A stretch of DNA of 64,000 nt from the NCBI GenBank assembly GCA_905234755.1, contig CAJOIT010000003.1, positions 479,331 through 543,330 of the forward strand. Reading direction: 5' to 3'. Within the stretch, counting starts at the first letter, position 1; each line of letters starts with the position of its first letter. The translations under genes were made by a program, and so were the position numbers. The notes under the pieces were generated by a model, which saw only the letters and a list, made by a program, of their open reading frames with translations, was not told the origin of the DNA and searched no databases. The DNA is from an uncultured Bacteroidales bacterium. GTDB lineage: Bacteria > Bacteroidota > Bacteroidia > Bacteroidales > ML635J-15. Of the stretch, positions 28,072 to 36,037 are shown in pieces.

Positions 28072-28674
28072 ATGAAAGAAATTATGCCAGTAAACGGAAT
28101 CTTTGAAATGCCTGCATTGCCATTCGAAGCAGCGGCATTGGGTGGTGTTATAAGTGAAAATACTTTGAGTTTCCATCATGGAAAGCACCTTAAAGCTTAT
28201 GTCGATAACATGAACAAATTGTTGCCAGGGAGCGGACTTGAAAACATGTCGCTTGTTGAGGTTGTAAAGCGTGCCGAAGGAGGAATGTTCAACAATGCTG
28301 GTCAGGTGCTGAACCACACAATGTATTTTGAGCAGTTTGCAGCAAAACGCGAAAACAACCAGCCTACAGGACAACTTTTGTCGTTGATTGAAAGGGATTT
28401 CGGTTCATTCGATGCTTTCAAGACTGAATTTGTGCAGAAGGGTGTTGGTCTGTTTGGTTCTGGCTGGGTTTGGCTATCGCTGAATGCAGAGGGAAAACTT
28501 GTCATTACGCAGGAACCGAATGCAGAAAATCCTGTTCGCAAGGGTCTGAAGCCGTTGCTGACATTTGATGTATGGGAGCATGCATACTACCTTGATTATC
28601 AGAACCGCCGTGCCGATCATCTCGTAGCTCTGTGGAGCATAATCGACTGGAAGGTTATTGAAGGCAGACTGTAA
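28072..28674 (+). CDS. Fe/Mn superoxide dismutase
   Basis: HHGKHLKAYVDN and DVWEHAYYLDYQNRR motifs. The true start may be the Met at 28084. Confidence 0.95.
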   Translation: MKEIMPVNGIFEMPALPFEAAALGGVISENTLSFHHGKHLKAYVDNMNKLLPGSGLENMSLVEVVKRAEGGMFNNAGQVLNHTMYFEQFAAKRENNQPTGQLLSLIERDFGSFDAFKTEFVQKGVGLFGSGWVWLSLNAEGKLVITQEPNAENPVRKGLKPLLTFDVWEHAYYLDYQNRRADHLVALWSIIDWKVIEGRL

Positions 28675-28704
28675 TTTTTTGCTTTTGCAATAGCAACCTT
28701 TATT

Positions 28705-28740
28705 CTATTGTGTCGGATTTGCTGGAATCCGACACAATAG
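28705..28740 (+). terminator. hairpin after the SOD gene
   Basis: 15-bp perfect stem CTATTGTGTCGGATT / AATCCGACACAATAG with a 6-nt loop. Confidence 0.6.
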
Positions 28741-28879
28741 TGCATTTTCATTTTGCTTTGATAAGACACTCATAAGGCAACATTTATCTGTATTTTTACG
28801 TCTTTCTTTGATTCTCCCAAGAATAACGAATTAAGCATAATTTAACAAAATTTTAAGAAAAATTAATTCGATTGTGTTG

Positions 28880-28887
28880 TATATTTG
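28880..28887 (+). promoter_or_regulatory. TAnnTTTG box (TATATTTG)
   Basis: 53 nt upstream of the ATG at 28940. Confidence 0.4.
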
Positions 28888-28939
28888 TTGCAATAAATAC
28901 AGAAATAACAAATTCTTAACATTATAAATAATTGCTAAT

Positions 28940-29602
28940 ATGAAAAAACTTTTTATTCTATGCTTTGCCATACTGACAAGCGTTTATGCTTATTCGTATA
29001 AATGGTTCTACAATGACATCATTGTTACAAAGGGTGAAGATTATGCCTTCATGAAAGAGGATGCAAAAATGTGGTTGTACCTCGATTTTAGCAAGGCGCA
29101 ACTTGTAAATTTTAAAATAAAAGCCAAGAAAATTACAAAGGAAATTGGTCCGTATTTGGAATACAAAAAAGATGAATGGACAGAGGATTTAGAACAAATC
29201 TATTTCTGGATTGTCAAGTACTGGAACATCTCCTGTGATAATCGTAATATTGCGCTTCATATGACCGCCGACAAAGACTCTGCCAAGTATGCCATGGAGT
29301 GGTATGTCGACAAGGTTGATGAGGGGTTGCCGCGTTTTACAATATATGCTGGTAAAGGAGCTACGTTAGTAGGCAAGATTATCGTACGTAACTTAGAGAC
29401 AAAAGAGGTTGTCTACGAAGCTACCATTGACCGCGTACAAACATCCTTCGGAATGACAACGGACGTATGGAGGCTTCGTATGCTGATTTTCGGTTCTATT
29501 CTTGCACCACATTTCTTAGGAATGCATCCTGGCTATATAGATGTCAGTGAAAAAGCTCCATTAATGAAATATAACAAAGATTACAAACCTAAAAAGAAAT
29601 AA
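28940..29602 (+). CDS. hypothetical secreted protein
   Basis: 220 aa with a signal peptide. TAnnTTTG at 28880-28887. I recognise no motif. Confidence 0.55.
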   Translation: MKKLFILCFAILTSVYAYSYKWFYNDIIVTKGEDYAFMKEDAKMWLYLDFSKAQLVNFKIKAKKITKEIGPYLEYKKDEWTEDLEQIYFWIVKYWNISCDNRNIALHMTADKDSAKYAMEWYVDKVDEGLPRFTIYAGKGATLVGKIIVRNLETKEVVYEATIDRVQTSFGMTTDVWRLRMLIFGSILAPHFLGMHPGYIDVSEKAPLMKYNKDYKPKKK

Positions 29603-29604
29603 TA

Positions 29605-30240
29605 ATGCGTAAGTTCTTATTATTTTTGATGGGCATTTTAGTCACTTGCGCGCTATGTGCGCAGGAGTATAATGTGACCATGCCCGGCCAGAAGAAAGTG
29701 ACGACTGTGGACAGTACCGGAACGGTGACCACACAGAATGTAACAGACAACGACTCTGAGCTCATGCAGTATCGTTCTGGTTCTTGGTTCTACAAGGGAG
29801 AAACCATGAACGAGGCTCAGTTTTTGGCAAAGATGAAAGCAGAGTGCAATGCAGCCTACCAGCAATACCAAGCGGGTGTCAAACAGAAAAAAAACGGTAT
29901 AATAATAGCATCCGTCGGTGGGGCAACATTGCTTATCGGAGCAGGTTTTCTGATAGGCGGTGCTGCGACCTCTGGTCATATAAACTATTATAATAGTTCT
30001 GGTTGGTATGTAGGTTCGGAAATATTGCCCAACTGGGCAATGCTTACTGGGTATTGTATGATGGCAGGCGGAGTAGTTGTCGGTTTCGCCGGTGGTTTGC
30101 CATGTATACTGCTAGGACAAAACAAGAAAACCACTGCGCACCATGTCTATAATAGCGAGTGCGTAGACCGAAAGGATACCGCCGTAACGATGAACTTTGG
30201 TTTTACCGGTAACGGTATATGTTTGGTAGTTAATTTCTAA
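29605..30240 (+). CDS. hypothetical membrane protein
   Basis: 211 aa with a signal peptide and two Gly-rich TM helices. There is a 2-nt gap after the upstream gene. Confidence 0.55.
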   Translation: MRKFLLFLMGILVTCALCAQEYNVTMPGQKKVTTVDSTGTVTTQNVTDNDSELMQYRSGSWFYKGETMNEAQFLAKMKAECNAAYQQYQAGVKQKKNGIIIASVGGATLLIGAGFLIGGAATSGHINYYNSSGWYVGSEILPNWAMLTGYCMMAGGVVVGFAGGLPCILLGQNKKTTAHHVYNSECVDRKDTAVTMNFGFTGNGICLVVNF

Positions 30241-30254
30241 CTTCTACTGCTGTT

Positions 30255-30285
30255 GAATATCTGCATTAGTATTGTGCAGATATTC
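30255..30285 (+). terminator. hairpin after the 29605..30240 gene
   Basis: 11-bp perfect stem GAATATCTGCA / TGCAGATATTC. No T-run. Confidence 0.4.
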
Positions 30286-30354
30286 GATGGCAGTATTGGC
30301 AATAGGATGATGTGACTAATTGATTGGATGTTAATAATTTAAATAATTTGGGGT

Positions 30355-31485
30355 ATGAGGAAATTTACATTCTTGTTTTTCTCCATCGTTATCGTGGCTG
30401 GAATGCTGGTGCTTAGCGGTTGCAAGAAGGAAACTTATACTGTAACCTTCAATGCCAATGGAGGTGTTGGCGAAATGCAGGCGCAGACATTCACCGAGGG
30501 CAAGTCGCAGCCTCTTGCCATTAATGAGTTCACATATCACGGATACATTTTTGAAGGATGGAATACAACTTCAAACGGCAGTGGCACATCGTATGAAGAC
30601 ATGCAAAGAATAATTGTTACTTCCGATATGACCTTGTACGCGCAGTGGAAAAAGATTTCTTCTTTCGTAAAAGTTACCTTTGATGCAAACGGCGGTACAG
30701 GCGAAATGAGACCGCAGCAGTATGTGGCTGGTTCTCCGCAAGTGCTTAGGCCAAATGCATTCTCAAAACCTGACTATTATTTTTACAACTGGAATACTGA
30801 AGCCGATGGCAGTGGAACCTCATACGCCAATACGCAGGAAATAACAATTTCTAGGAGTATCACCTTGTATGCGCAGTGGAAATATGCATATGTTGACCTT
30901 GGTCTGCCGTCGGGTACGCATTGGTCGGCATGCAATGTAGGCGCAAACTCTCCAGAGGAATGTGGCAACTACTATGCATGGGGCGAAACCACCACAAAGG
31001 AAGATTACAGCTGGACTACATACCGCTGGTGCTATGGTGATTACAATACGCTAAACAAATATTGTAGCATTGCTCATGATGGTTACAACGGCTTTACCGA
31101 CAACCTTACCGTTTTGGAAGCTGCCGACGATGCAGCTACCGCCAATTTGGGAGCTGGATGTAGAATGCCAACGAAGGAAGAAATTCGCGAATTGTACAAC
31201 AGTTGCACTCACGAGTGGACAACCTATAATGGTGTTAGTGGAATGAAGTTCACGGGGCAGAACGGTAACTCTATTTTCTTTCCCGCTTCTGGTTACCGCA
31301 ATGGTCGCGAGCTCTATGGTGAAGGATCCTATGCCTTCTTATGGGCTAGTTCGCTCGAAACATTTAGGGATTCGGATGGTGCGTGGACACTCTATTTTGC
31401 TACAGATACTTGCTATGTGGACTCCTTCTCTCGCGACTGTGGACGATCAGTTCGTCCTGTCAGCGTTTTCGGCACGTTAGAATAA
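30355..31485 (+). CDS. lipoprotein: two Listeria-Bacteroides (InlB B) repeats + FISUMP/DUF1566-like domain
   Basis: Lipobox LSGC. Two repeats of YTVTFNANGG...GWNT..DGSGTSY...TLYAQW. The C-terminal domain is paralogous to 26730..27683. Confidence 0.8.
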   Translation: MRKFTFLFFSIVIVAGMLVLSGCKKETYTVTFNANGGVGEMQAQTFTEGKSQPLAINEFTYHGYIFEGWNTTSNGSGTSYEDMQRIIVTSDMTLYAQWKKISSFVKVTFDANGGTGEMRPQQYVAGSPQVLRPNAFSKPDYYFYNWNTEADGSGTSYANTQEITISRSITLYAQWKYAYVDLGLPSGTHWSACNVGANSPEECGNYYAWGETTTKEDYSWTTYRWCYGDYNTLNKYCSIAHDGYNGFTDNLTVLEAADDAATANLGAGCRMPTKEEIRELYNSCTHEWTTYNGVSGMKFTGQNGNSIFFPASGYRNGRELYGEGSYAFLWASSLETFRDSDGAWTLYFATDTCYVDSFSRDCGRSVRPVSVFGTLE

Positions 31486-31562
31486 AAGTGTTTGTAATGT
31501 TTTGATTATCAAGGGTAATTGAAAATGTGTTATAAAATGCAAGGTTTTAAATATAAAATATA

Positions 31563-31570
31563 TATATTTG
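31563..31570 (+). promoter_or_regulatory. TAnnTTTG box (TATATTTG)
   Basis: About 100 nt upstream of the GldM_C-like gene, which implies a long 5' UTR. Confidence 0.35.
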
Positions 31571-31673
31571 CAGTGTCGTTGTCTTTGGCTTTTGTTTAAA
31601 GGACTTCGCAGAACTGGAGATGCGGCATAAAAATGTTAAAAAATAGAAGTCCATCAATTAAATTTTTAATAAT

Positions 31674-32306
31674 ATGAGAAAAAATCTAATTTTAGTAGTG
31701 TCGTTGCTGTGCTTTTCTTTTATGATGGCTAATGCACAGGGTGTTCAAATCAAAAACAGTGCAGTTAATGTGTTGTATCAGGGCGTAAAGAATCCTGTTT
31801 CGATAGTAAACTGTGCAAATGATGTCGCACCGACAATATCAAACGGTGCAAAAATATATTCTGGACAAGTTCCTGGATTCGACGGCCAATACGTAGTTGA
31901 AATAACCGATCCGAATGTTAAGTCGGTGACAATAAGTGTAGGAGAGACCTCTTGCAAGTTTAATGTGTTGAATCTTCCTATGCCTACAATCACAATTGGA
32001 GGATATAGGGTCGGAGATGAGATTCCTAAGTCAGTTTTTACAAAATCGACAAAAATTGATGCTTCAATAGGTGATGTAAACTTTCCGTTCAAGGATGTTG
32101 AATATACTGTGGCTCAATTCACATACATGAAAGAAGAAGATGGGATAACATCAACACAATTTGTAACTGGAAATGAAATCCCCGCTGATATTCTAGCCGA
32201 TATAAAGAAGAAATCATCTGGTTCTACAATAATGTTCATCGGAATTAAGGTTTCTACACCAGCTGGTGTAAGAAATGCACCTGCTTTTTCGGCAAAATTG
32301 AAATAA
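31674..32306 (+). CDS. secreted stand-alone GldM C-terminal-domain-like protein
   Basis: 210 aa with a cleavable signal peptide. NVLYQGVKNPVSI, FNVLNLPMPTITIGG and DVNFPF...YTVAQFTY follow the GldM/PorM C-terminal pattern. Confidence 0.65.
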   Translation: MRKNLILVVSLLCFSFMMANAQGVQIKNSAVNVLYQGVKNPVSIVNCANDVAPTISNGAKIYSGQVPGFDGQYVVEITDPNVKSVTISVGETSCKFNVLNLPMPTITIGGYRVGDEIPKSVFTKSTKIDASIGDVNFPFKDVEYTVAQFTYMKEEDGITSTQFVTGNEIPADILADIKKKSSGSTIMFIGIKVSTPAGVRNAPAFSAKLK

Positions 32307-32337
32307 AGGTATATGTAAATAGCAATATGTTGATAAA

Positions 32338-32370
32338 CGGCAGTCGGCGAAAGTCGGCTGTCGTTTTTTT
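32338..32370 (+). terminator. intrinsic terminator (copy 1 of a duplicated terminator)
   Basis: CGGCAGTCGGC-GAAA-GTCGGCTGTCG followed by T7. Confidence 0.75.
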
Positions 32371-32415
32371 CAGTGAATCGCTTCCAAAAAATATTTGTAT
32401 GTTTCATATTTTCAC

Positions 32416-32423
32416 TATTTTTG
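32416..32423 (+). promoter_or_regulatory. TAnnTTTG box (TATTTTTG) of the TA cassette
   Basis: 14-29 nt upstream of the two candidate antitoxin ATGs. Confidence 0.45.
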
Positions 32424-32451
32424 CAACATCAAACAAATGAGAATCGGATTT

Positions 32452-32661
32452 ATGTGTACGGTAACAATCGAATATAGTAAAAACAGAAAGGAAATAGATG
32501 CACTTTTGTCCGTTATGCGGAAACTTGGAGCCATTGTGACCGTGTCGAAAGATGAAGAACCGCAATATAATCCAGAAATCGTGGCAAAAGTAGAACGAGG
32601 ACGCGAAGCATACAAGCGTGGCGAATGTGTTAAAATTGCTATTGAAGATTTATGGAAATAG
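32452..32661 (+). CDS. DUF2683-like antitoxin (partner of YoeB/Txe-type toxin)
   Basis: 69 aa. The ...PQYNPEIVAKVERGREAYKRGE...DLWK pattern is typical of the Bacteroidota antitoxin family. It overlaps the toxin start by 10 nt. An alternative ATG lies at 32437. Confidence 0.65.
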   Translation: MCTVTIEYSKNRKEIDALLSVMRKLGAIVTVSKDEEPQYNPEIVAKVERGREAYKRGECVKIAIEDLWK

Positions 32662-32925
32662 TCTATACACCAGACGCGTTAGAAGATTTGGAATACTGGA
32701 AGCAGTCTGGCAACAAACAAGCATTGAAAAAAAATAACACAATTGTTGACCGCTATTCTTGTCGATTATAAAAATGGAATAGGTCAACCAGAGCAGTTGA
32801 AGAAAAATATGACTGGCTGCTGGTCACGGCATATTGACAAGAAAAATCGTCTTATTTATGAGGTGTACGAAGATGACCAGATTATTAATGTCGTATCTCT
32901 TCGCGGTCATTATTTAGATAAATAA
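32652..32925 (+). pseudogene. yoeB: YoeB/Txe family toxin, frameshifted in an A8 homopolymer
   Basis: Frame A (32652-32771) gives MEIVYTPDALEDLEYWKQSGNKQALKK then a stop. Frame B (32743-32925) gives LLTAILVDYKNGIGQPEQLK...WSRHIDKKNRLIYEV...GHY. Removing one A from the run at 32727-32734 fuses them into a canonical ~90-aa YoeB. Confidence 0.8.
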
Positions 32926-32956
32926 TAATCAGATAAAACATTGAATTTACGATTTA

Positions 32957-32989
32957 CGGCATTCGGCAAAGGTCGGCTGTCGTTTTTTT
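32957..32989 (+). terminator. intrinsic terminator (copy 2, 31/34 identical to copy 1)
   Basis: CGGCATTCGGC-AAAG-GTCGGCTGTCG followed by T7. Confidence 0.75.
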
Positions 32990-33012
32990 GTTAATAAATA
33001 TCTCATGTTAGT

Positions 33013-33020
33013 TATATTTG
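33013..33020 (+). promoter_or_regulatory. TAnnTTTG box (TATATTTG)
   Basis: 47 nt upstream of the helicase ATG at 33067. Confidence 0.45.
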
Positions 33021-33066
33021 GCTCGACTGATATGTTTACTTTTGCCATTTGTAAATTGAGAATAAA

Positions 33067-34386
33067 ATGCGATTTGACGAACTGACATTGCACGATTGTC
33101 TTCACGAAGCCGTAGAATCTTTCGGCTTTGAGGAAATGACACGCATACAGGCGGAAACTTTCCAGCCAGTTGTGGATGGGTGCGATGTAATGGCTTGTTC
33201 GCAGACTGGTTCGGGTAAGACCGTCGCTTTTTTACTTCCCTTGATGGAGAGGATGTTGCGTTTCCCAAAGAAAGGCATAAGGGCGTTGGTAATTGCACCT
33301 ACGCGCGAACTTTGCCAGCAAATCGAGGAGCAGATTGACGGACTTGCGTATTTTTCCAATCAGTCATCAATCGCAATATATGGCGGAAATGACCAGCAAG
33401 GTTTTGGTGACCAGAAAAATGCACTTGTCAATGGTGTTGACATTGTGGTGGCAACGCCTGGACGCTTGATTTCGCATTTGAACCTCGGTTATGCTGACTT
33501 TTCCACACTCGATTTCCTTGTACTGGACGAAGCCGATGAAATGCTCGATATGGGTTTCTATCCCGACATTATGAAGATTGTCAGTCAGTTGCCTAAAAAG
33601 CGACAGTCGTTGATGTTCAGTGCAACTATGCCTGCGCAGATAAAGAAACTTGCCGAGCAGATTCTGATTGAACCAAAGTTCGTTGACCTTAACTTTTCGA
33701 AACCCGCTGCCGAAATAGACCAGAAGGTTTACATGGTTTACGAAAACGACAAGATGAAACTATTGCTTCACACTTTGTCGGAACACAAGGGCGAGAAAGT
33801 GATAATTTTTGTCGGGAAGAAGCAGAGCGTAGGAGAGGTGTCGTCGTTTTTGCGCATGAACAATATTCCTAACCGACCGATAAATTCAAACTTTACGCAG
33901 GAGGAGCGCGAAAATGCCGTTCTCGATTTCAAGAGCGGAAAAATCAACATTGTGGTTACGACAAACCTGCTTTCGCGTGGCATCGACATCGACAATGTGA
34001 ACCTGATTCTGAACTACGACATTCCGCACAAGGCTGAGGATTATGTTCATCGCATTGGTCGTACTGCCCGTGCAGGAAAGGACGGCTTGGCTATAAGTTT
34101 CATTGGCGAAAAGGAAATAGAGCATTTCTCACGTATTGAGAAACTGCTTGAACGCGTGGTCGAGAAGTCGCCTTTGCCCGATGGTTTTGGCGAAGCACCT
34201 GAATATAAACCAGGCGGAAAGTCATCACGACGCAAATGTGGCGGTTCGCATCGTGGAGGACGAAAATTTTCGGGACAAAAGAAAGCCGTATCAAAAAATA
34301 CTGATGGTGTTGCAGGCGAGGCAAAGTCGCGCAAACCACATCGTCGCAGAAGTCATAGTAAGAAAACTGCAGAATCAAACTCATAG
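33067..34386 (+). CDS. DEAD-box ATP-dependent RNA helicase with basic C-terminal tail
   Basis: Q-motif, SQTGSGKT, PTRELC, DEAD (VLDEADEM), SAT and HRIGRTARAG motifs. The tail is Arg/Lys-rich. Confidence 0.95.
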   Translation: MRFDELTLHDCLHEAVESFGFEEMTRIQAETFQPVVDGCDVMACSQTGSGKTVAFLLPLMERMLRFPKKGIRALVIAPTRELCQQIEEQIDGLAYFSNQSSIAIYGGNDQQGFGDQKNALVNGVDIVVATPGRLISHLNLGYADFSTLDFLVLDEADEMLDMGFYPDIMKIVSQLPKKRQSLMFSATMPAQIKKLAEQILIEPKFVDLNFSKPAAEIDQKVYMVYENDKMKLLLHTLSEHKGEKVIIFVGKKQSVGEVSSFLRMNNIPNRPINSNFTQEERENAVLDFKSGKINIVVTTNLLSRGIDIDNVNLILNYDIPHKAEDYVHRIGRTARAGKDGLAISFIGEKEIEHFSRIEKLLERVVEKSPLPDGFGEAPEYKPGGKSSRRKCGGSHRGGRKFSGQKKAVSKNTDGVAGEAKSRKPHRRRSHSKKTAESNS

Positions 34387-34391
34387 CATTG

Positions 34392-34413
34392 TATACGCGT
34401 TGCGTATATTTTT
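34392..34413 (+). terminator. intrinsic terminator after the helicase gene
   Basis: TATACGC-GTT-GCGTATA followed by T5. Confidence 0.65.
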
Positions 34414-34560
34414 AGCCAAGAAGAAATAGTGTACGCAGTGCGTACATAATTCTGATTGTCCTTTCGGATTTGTAACCTTTAGCTCGCTGCCTTTAGTAGT
34501 AATTCTAAAGAATTGAATATGAAGATTTTAAATCCGAATAATAATCCATTTCAGTATCCC

Positions 34561-34624
34561 TAAAACATCGTTATAATTTGCGGTGAACGCACAAAAATGC
34601 CTGTTCACCGCAAAATAAAAGCAC
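34561..34624 (+). repeat. 64-bp direct repeat, copy 1 (contains a GCGGTGAAC/GTTCACCGC hairpin)
   Basis: 62 of 64 positions identical to 34779-34842. Confidence 0.85.
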
Positions 34625-34653
34625 GATTATGACTTCGTTTCAAAACTAAATGT

Positions 34654-34661
34654 TATCTTTG
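34654..34661 (+). promoter_or_regulatory. orphan TAnnTTTG box (TATCTTTG) between the two 64-bp repeats
   Basis: Exact match with no plausible CDS downstream before the hairpin at 34798-34833. Confidence 0.25.
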
Positions 34662-34778
34662 TTTCAATTTAAAATTTATATTGAAAATATGGAAAGTTGC
34701 AGATAATGAGCCATTTAGAGAAACGATAACTCTGTATAAAAAGGCGCAATGCAACTTATTAAGCGTAAAATTGAACAA

Positions 34779-34842
34779 TAAAACATCGTTATAATCTGCG
34801 GTGAACGCATAAAAATGCCTGTTCACCGCAAAATAAAAGCAC
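34779..34842 (+). repeat. 64-bp direct repeat, copy 2
   Basis: 62 of 64 positions identical to 34561-34624. Confidence 0.85.
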
Positions 34843-35009
34843 ATAGTTCTTTCGGATTTGCAATCTTTAACTCGTTGCTTATGGCAACAATCCGAATAAA
34901 CATCTCATCGCATTACGAATCCAGCTACCGCACAATCCAAATTTCTTTCACAAAATTATTTCCACCCCAAATTTTGCATTTTTTGTTTAGATTTATTATC
35001 TTCGCAAGA

Positions 35010-35017
35010 TAAATTTG
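35010..35017 (+). promoter_or_regulatory. TAnnTTTG box (TAAATTTG)
   Basis: 18 nt upstream of the Bro-N gene ATG at 35035. Confidence 0.45.
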
Positions 35018-35034
35018 ACAAAAATAGCAGGCTG

Positions 35035-35889
35035 ATGGACACGCAGATAAAACTTTTTGAAAACAAAAAGGTACGCACACTTTGGGATAAGGAAACCGAA
35101 GAATGGTTTTTCTCGGTAGTAGATGTAGTTGCAGTTCTAACAGATAGTCCTAATCCTAACAATTATTGGAAAGTGCTGAAAAACAGGCTAAAAAAAGAGG
35201 GTAGCCAGTTGGTTACAAATTGTAACCAACTGAAAATGCCTGCCGCAGATGGAAAGATGTACAAGACTGATTGTATGAATGTTGCACAACTTTTCCGTCT
35301 TATTCAGTCCATTCCCTCGCCTAAGGCAGAACCATTTAAACTGTGGATGGCGCAGGTTGCAAAAGAACGCATTGACGAAATGCAAGATCCTGAACAAGGA
35401 ATACAACGTGCCTTGCTCGAATATAGGGCGTTGGGGTATTCCGATGCTTGGATTAATCAAAGACTAAAGTCTATAGAAATACGCAAAGACCTTACGGACG
35501 AGTGGAAAAAGCACGGACTGAAAGAGGGAGTGCAGTTTGCGACTCTTACCGACATAATTTATAAGACTTGGGCAGGTAAAACCGCCAAAGAATACAAGGA
35601 ATTCAAAGGTCTGAAAAAAGAAAATCTGCGTGACAATATGACTAACAAAGAATTAGTCTTGAATATGCTCGCTGAACTTTCCACAAAAGAAATCTCTGAG
35701 AATTCAAATCCGCAAGACTTTAACGACCATATACAAAATGCTGTGGATGGTGCCACAATAGCAAAAAATGCCAGAATGGAACTAGAACAAAAAACAGGCA
35801 AAAAAGTTGTGACCAGTCTCAATGCCCGTGATGGAATAATATTATCCATAGATGCAAACGCATCGGAAAATAATAGTGGTGAAAATTAA
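35035..35889 (+). CDS. Bro-N domain protein (phage antirepressor / DinD-like)
   Basis: The N-terminus FENKKVRTLWDKETEEWFFSVVDVVAVL matches the Bro-N pattern. TAnnTTTG at 35010-35017. Confidence 0.65.
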   Translation: MDTQIKLFENKKVRTLWDKETEEWFFSVVDVVAVLTDSPNPNNYWKVLKNRLKKEGSQLVTNCNQLKMPAADGKMYKTDCMNVAQLFRLIQSIPSPKAEPFKLWMAQVAKERIDEMQDPEQGIQRALLEYRALGYSDAWINQRLKSIEIRKDLTDEWKKHGLKEGVQFATLTDIIYKTWAGKTAKEYKEFKGLKKENLRDNMTNKELVLNMLAELSTKEISENSNPQDFNDHIQNAVDGATIAKNARMELEQKTGKKVVTSLNARDGIILSIDANASENNSGEN

Positions 35890-36037
35890 AGATGAGTGTG
35901 GTGATGATATTTGAAATGTAATCTATTAAGAAAAAAAAATCTTTAATTTTGTCTCAAATTATTATTACGGTTTAGGTGAATAGTAATGTAGAAATTTCAG
36001 TTCAGTGTCAAGATACGAAAACAAAGGAGAATAATAT

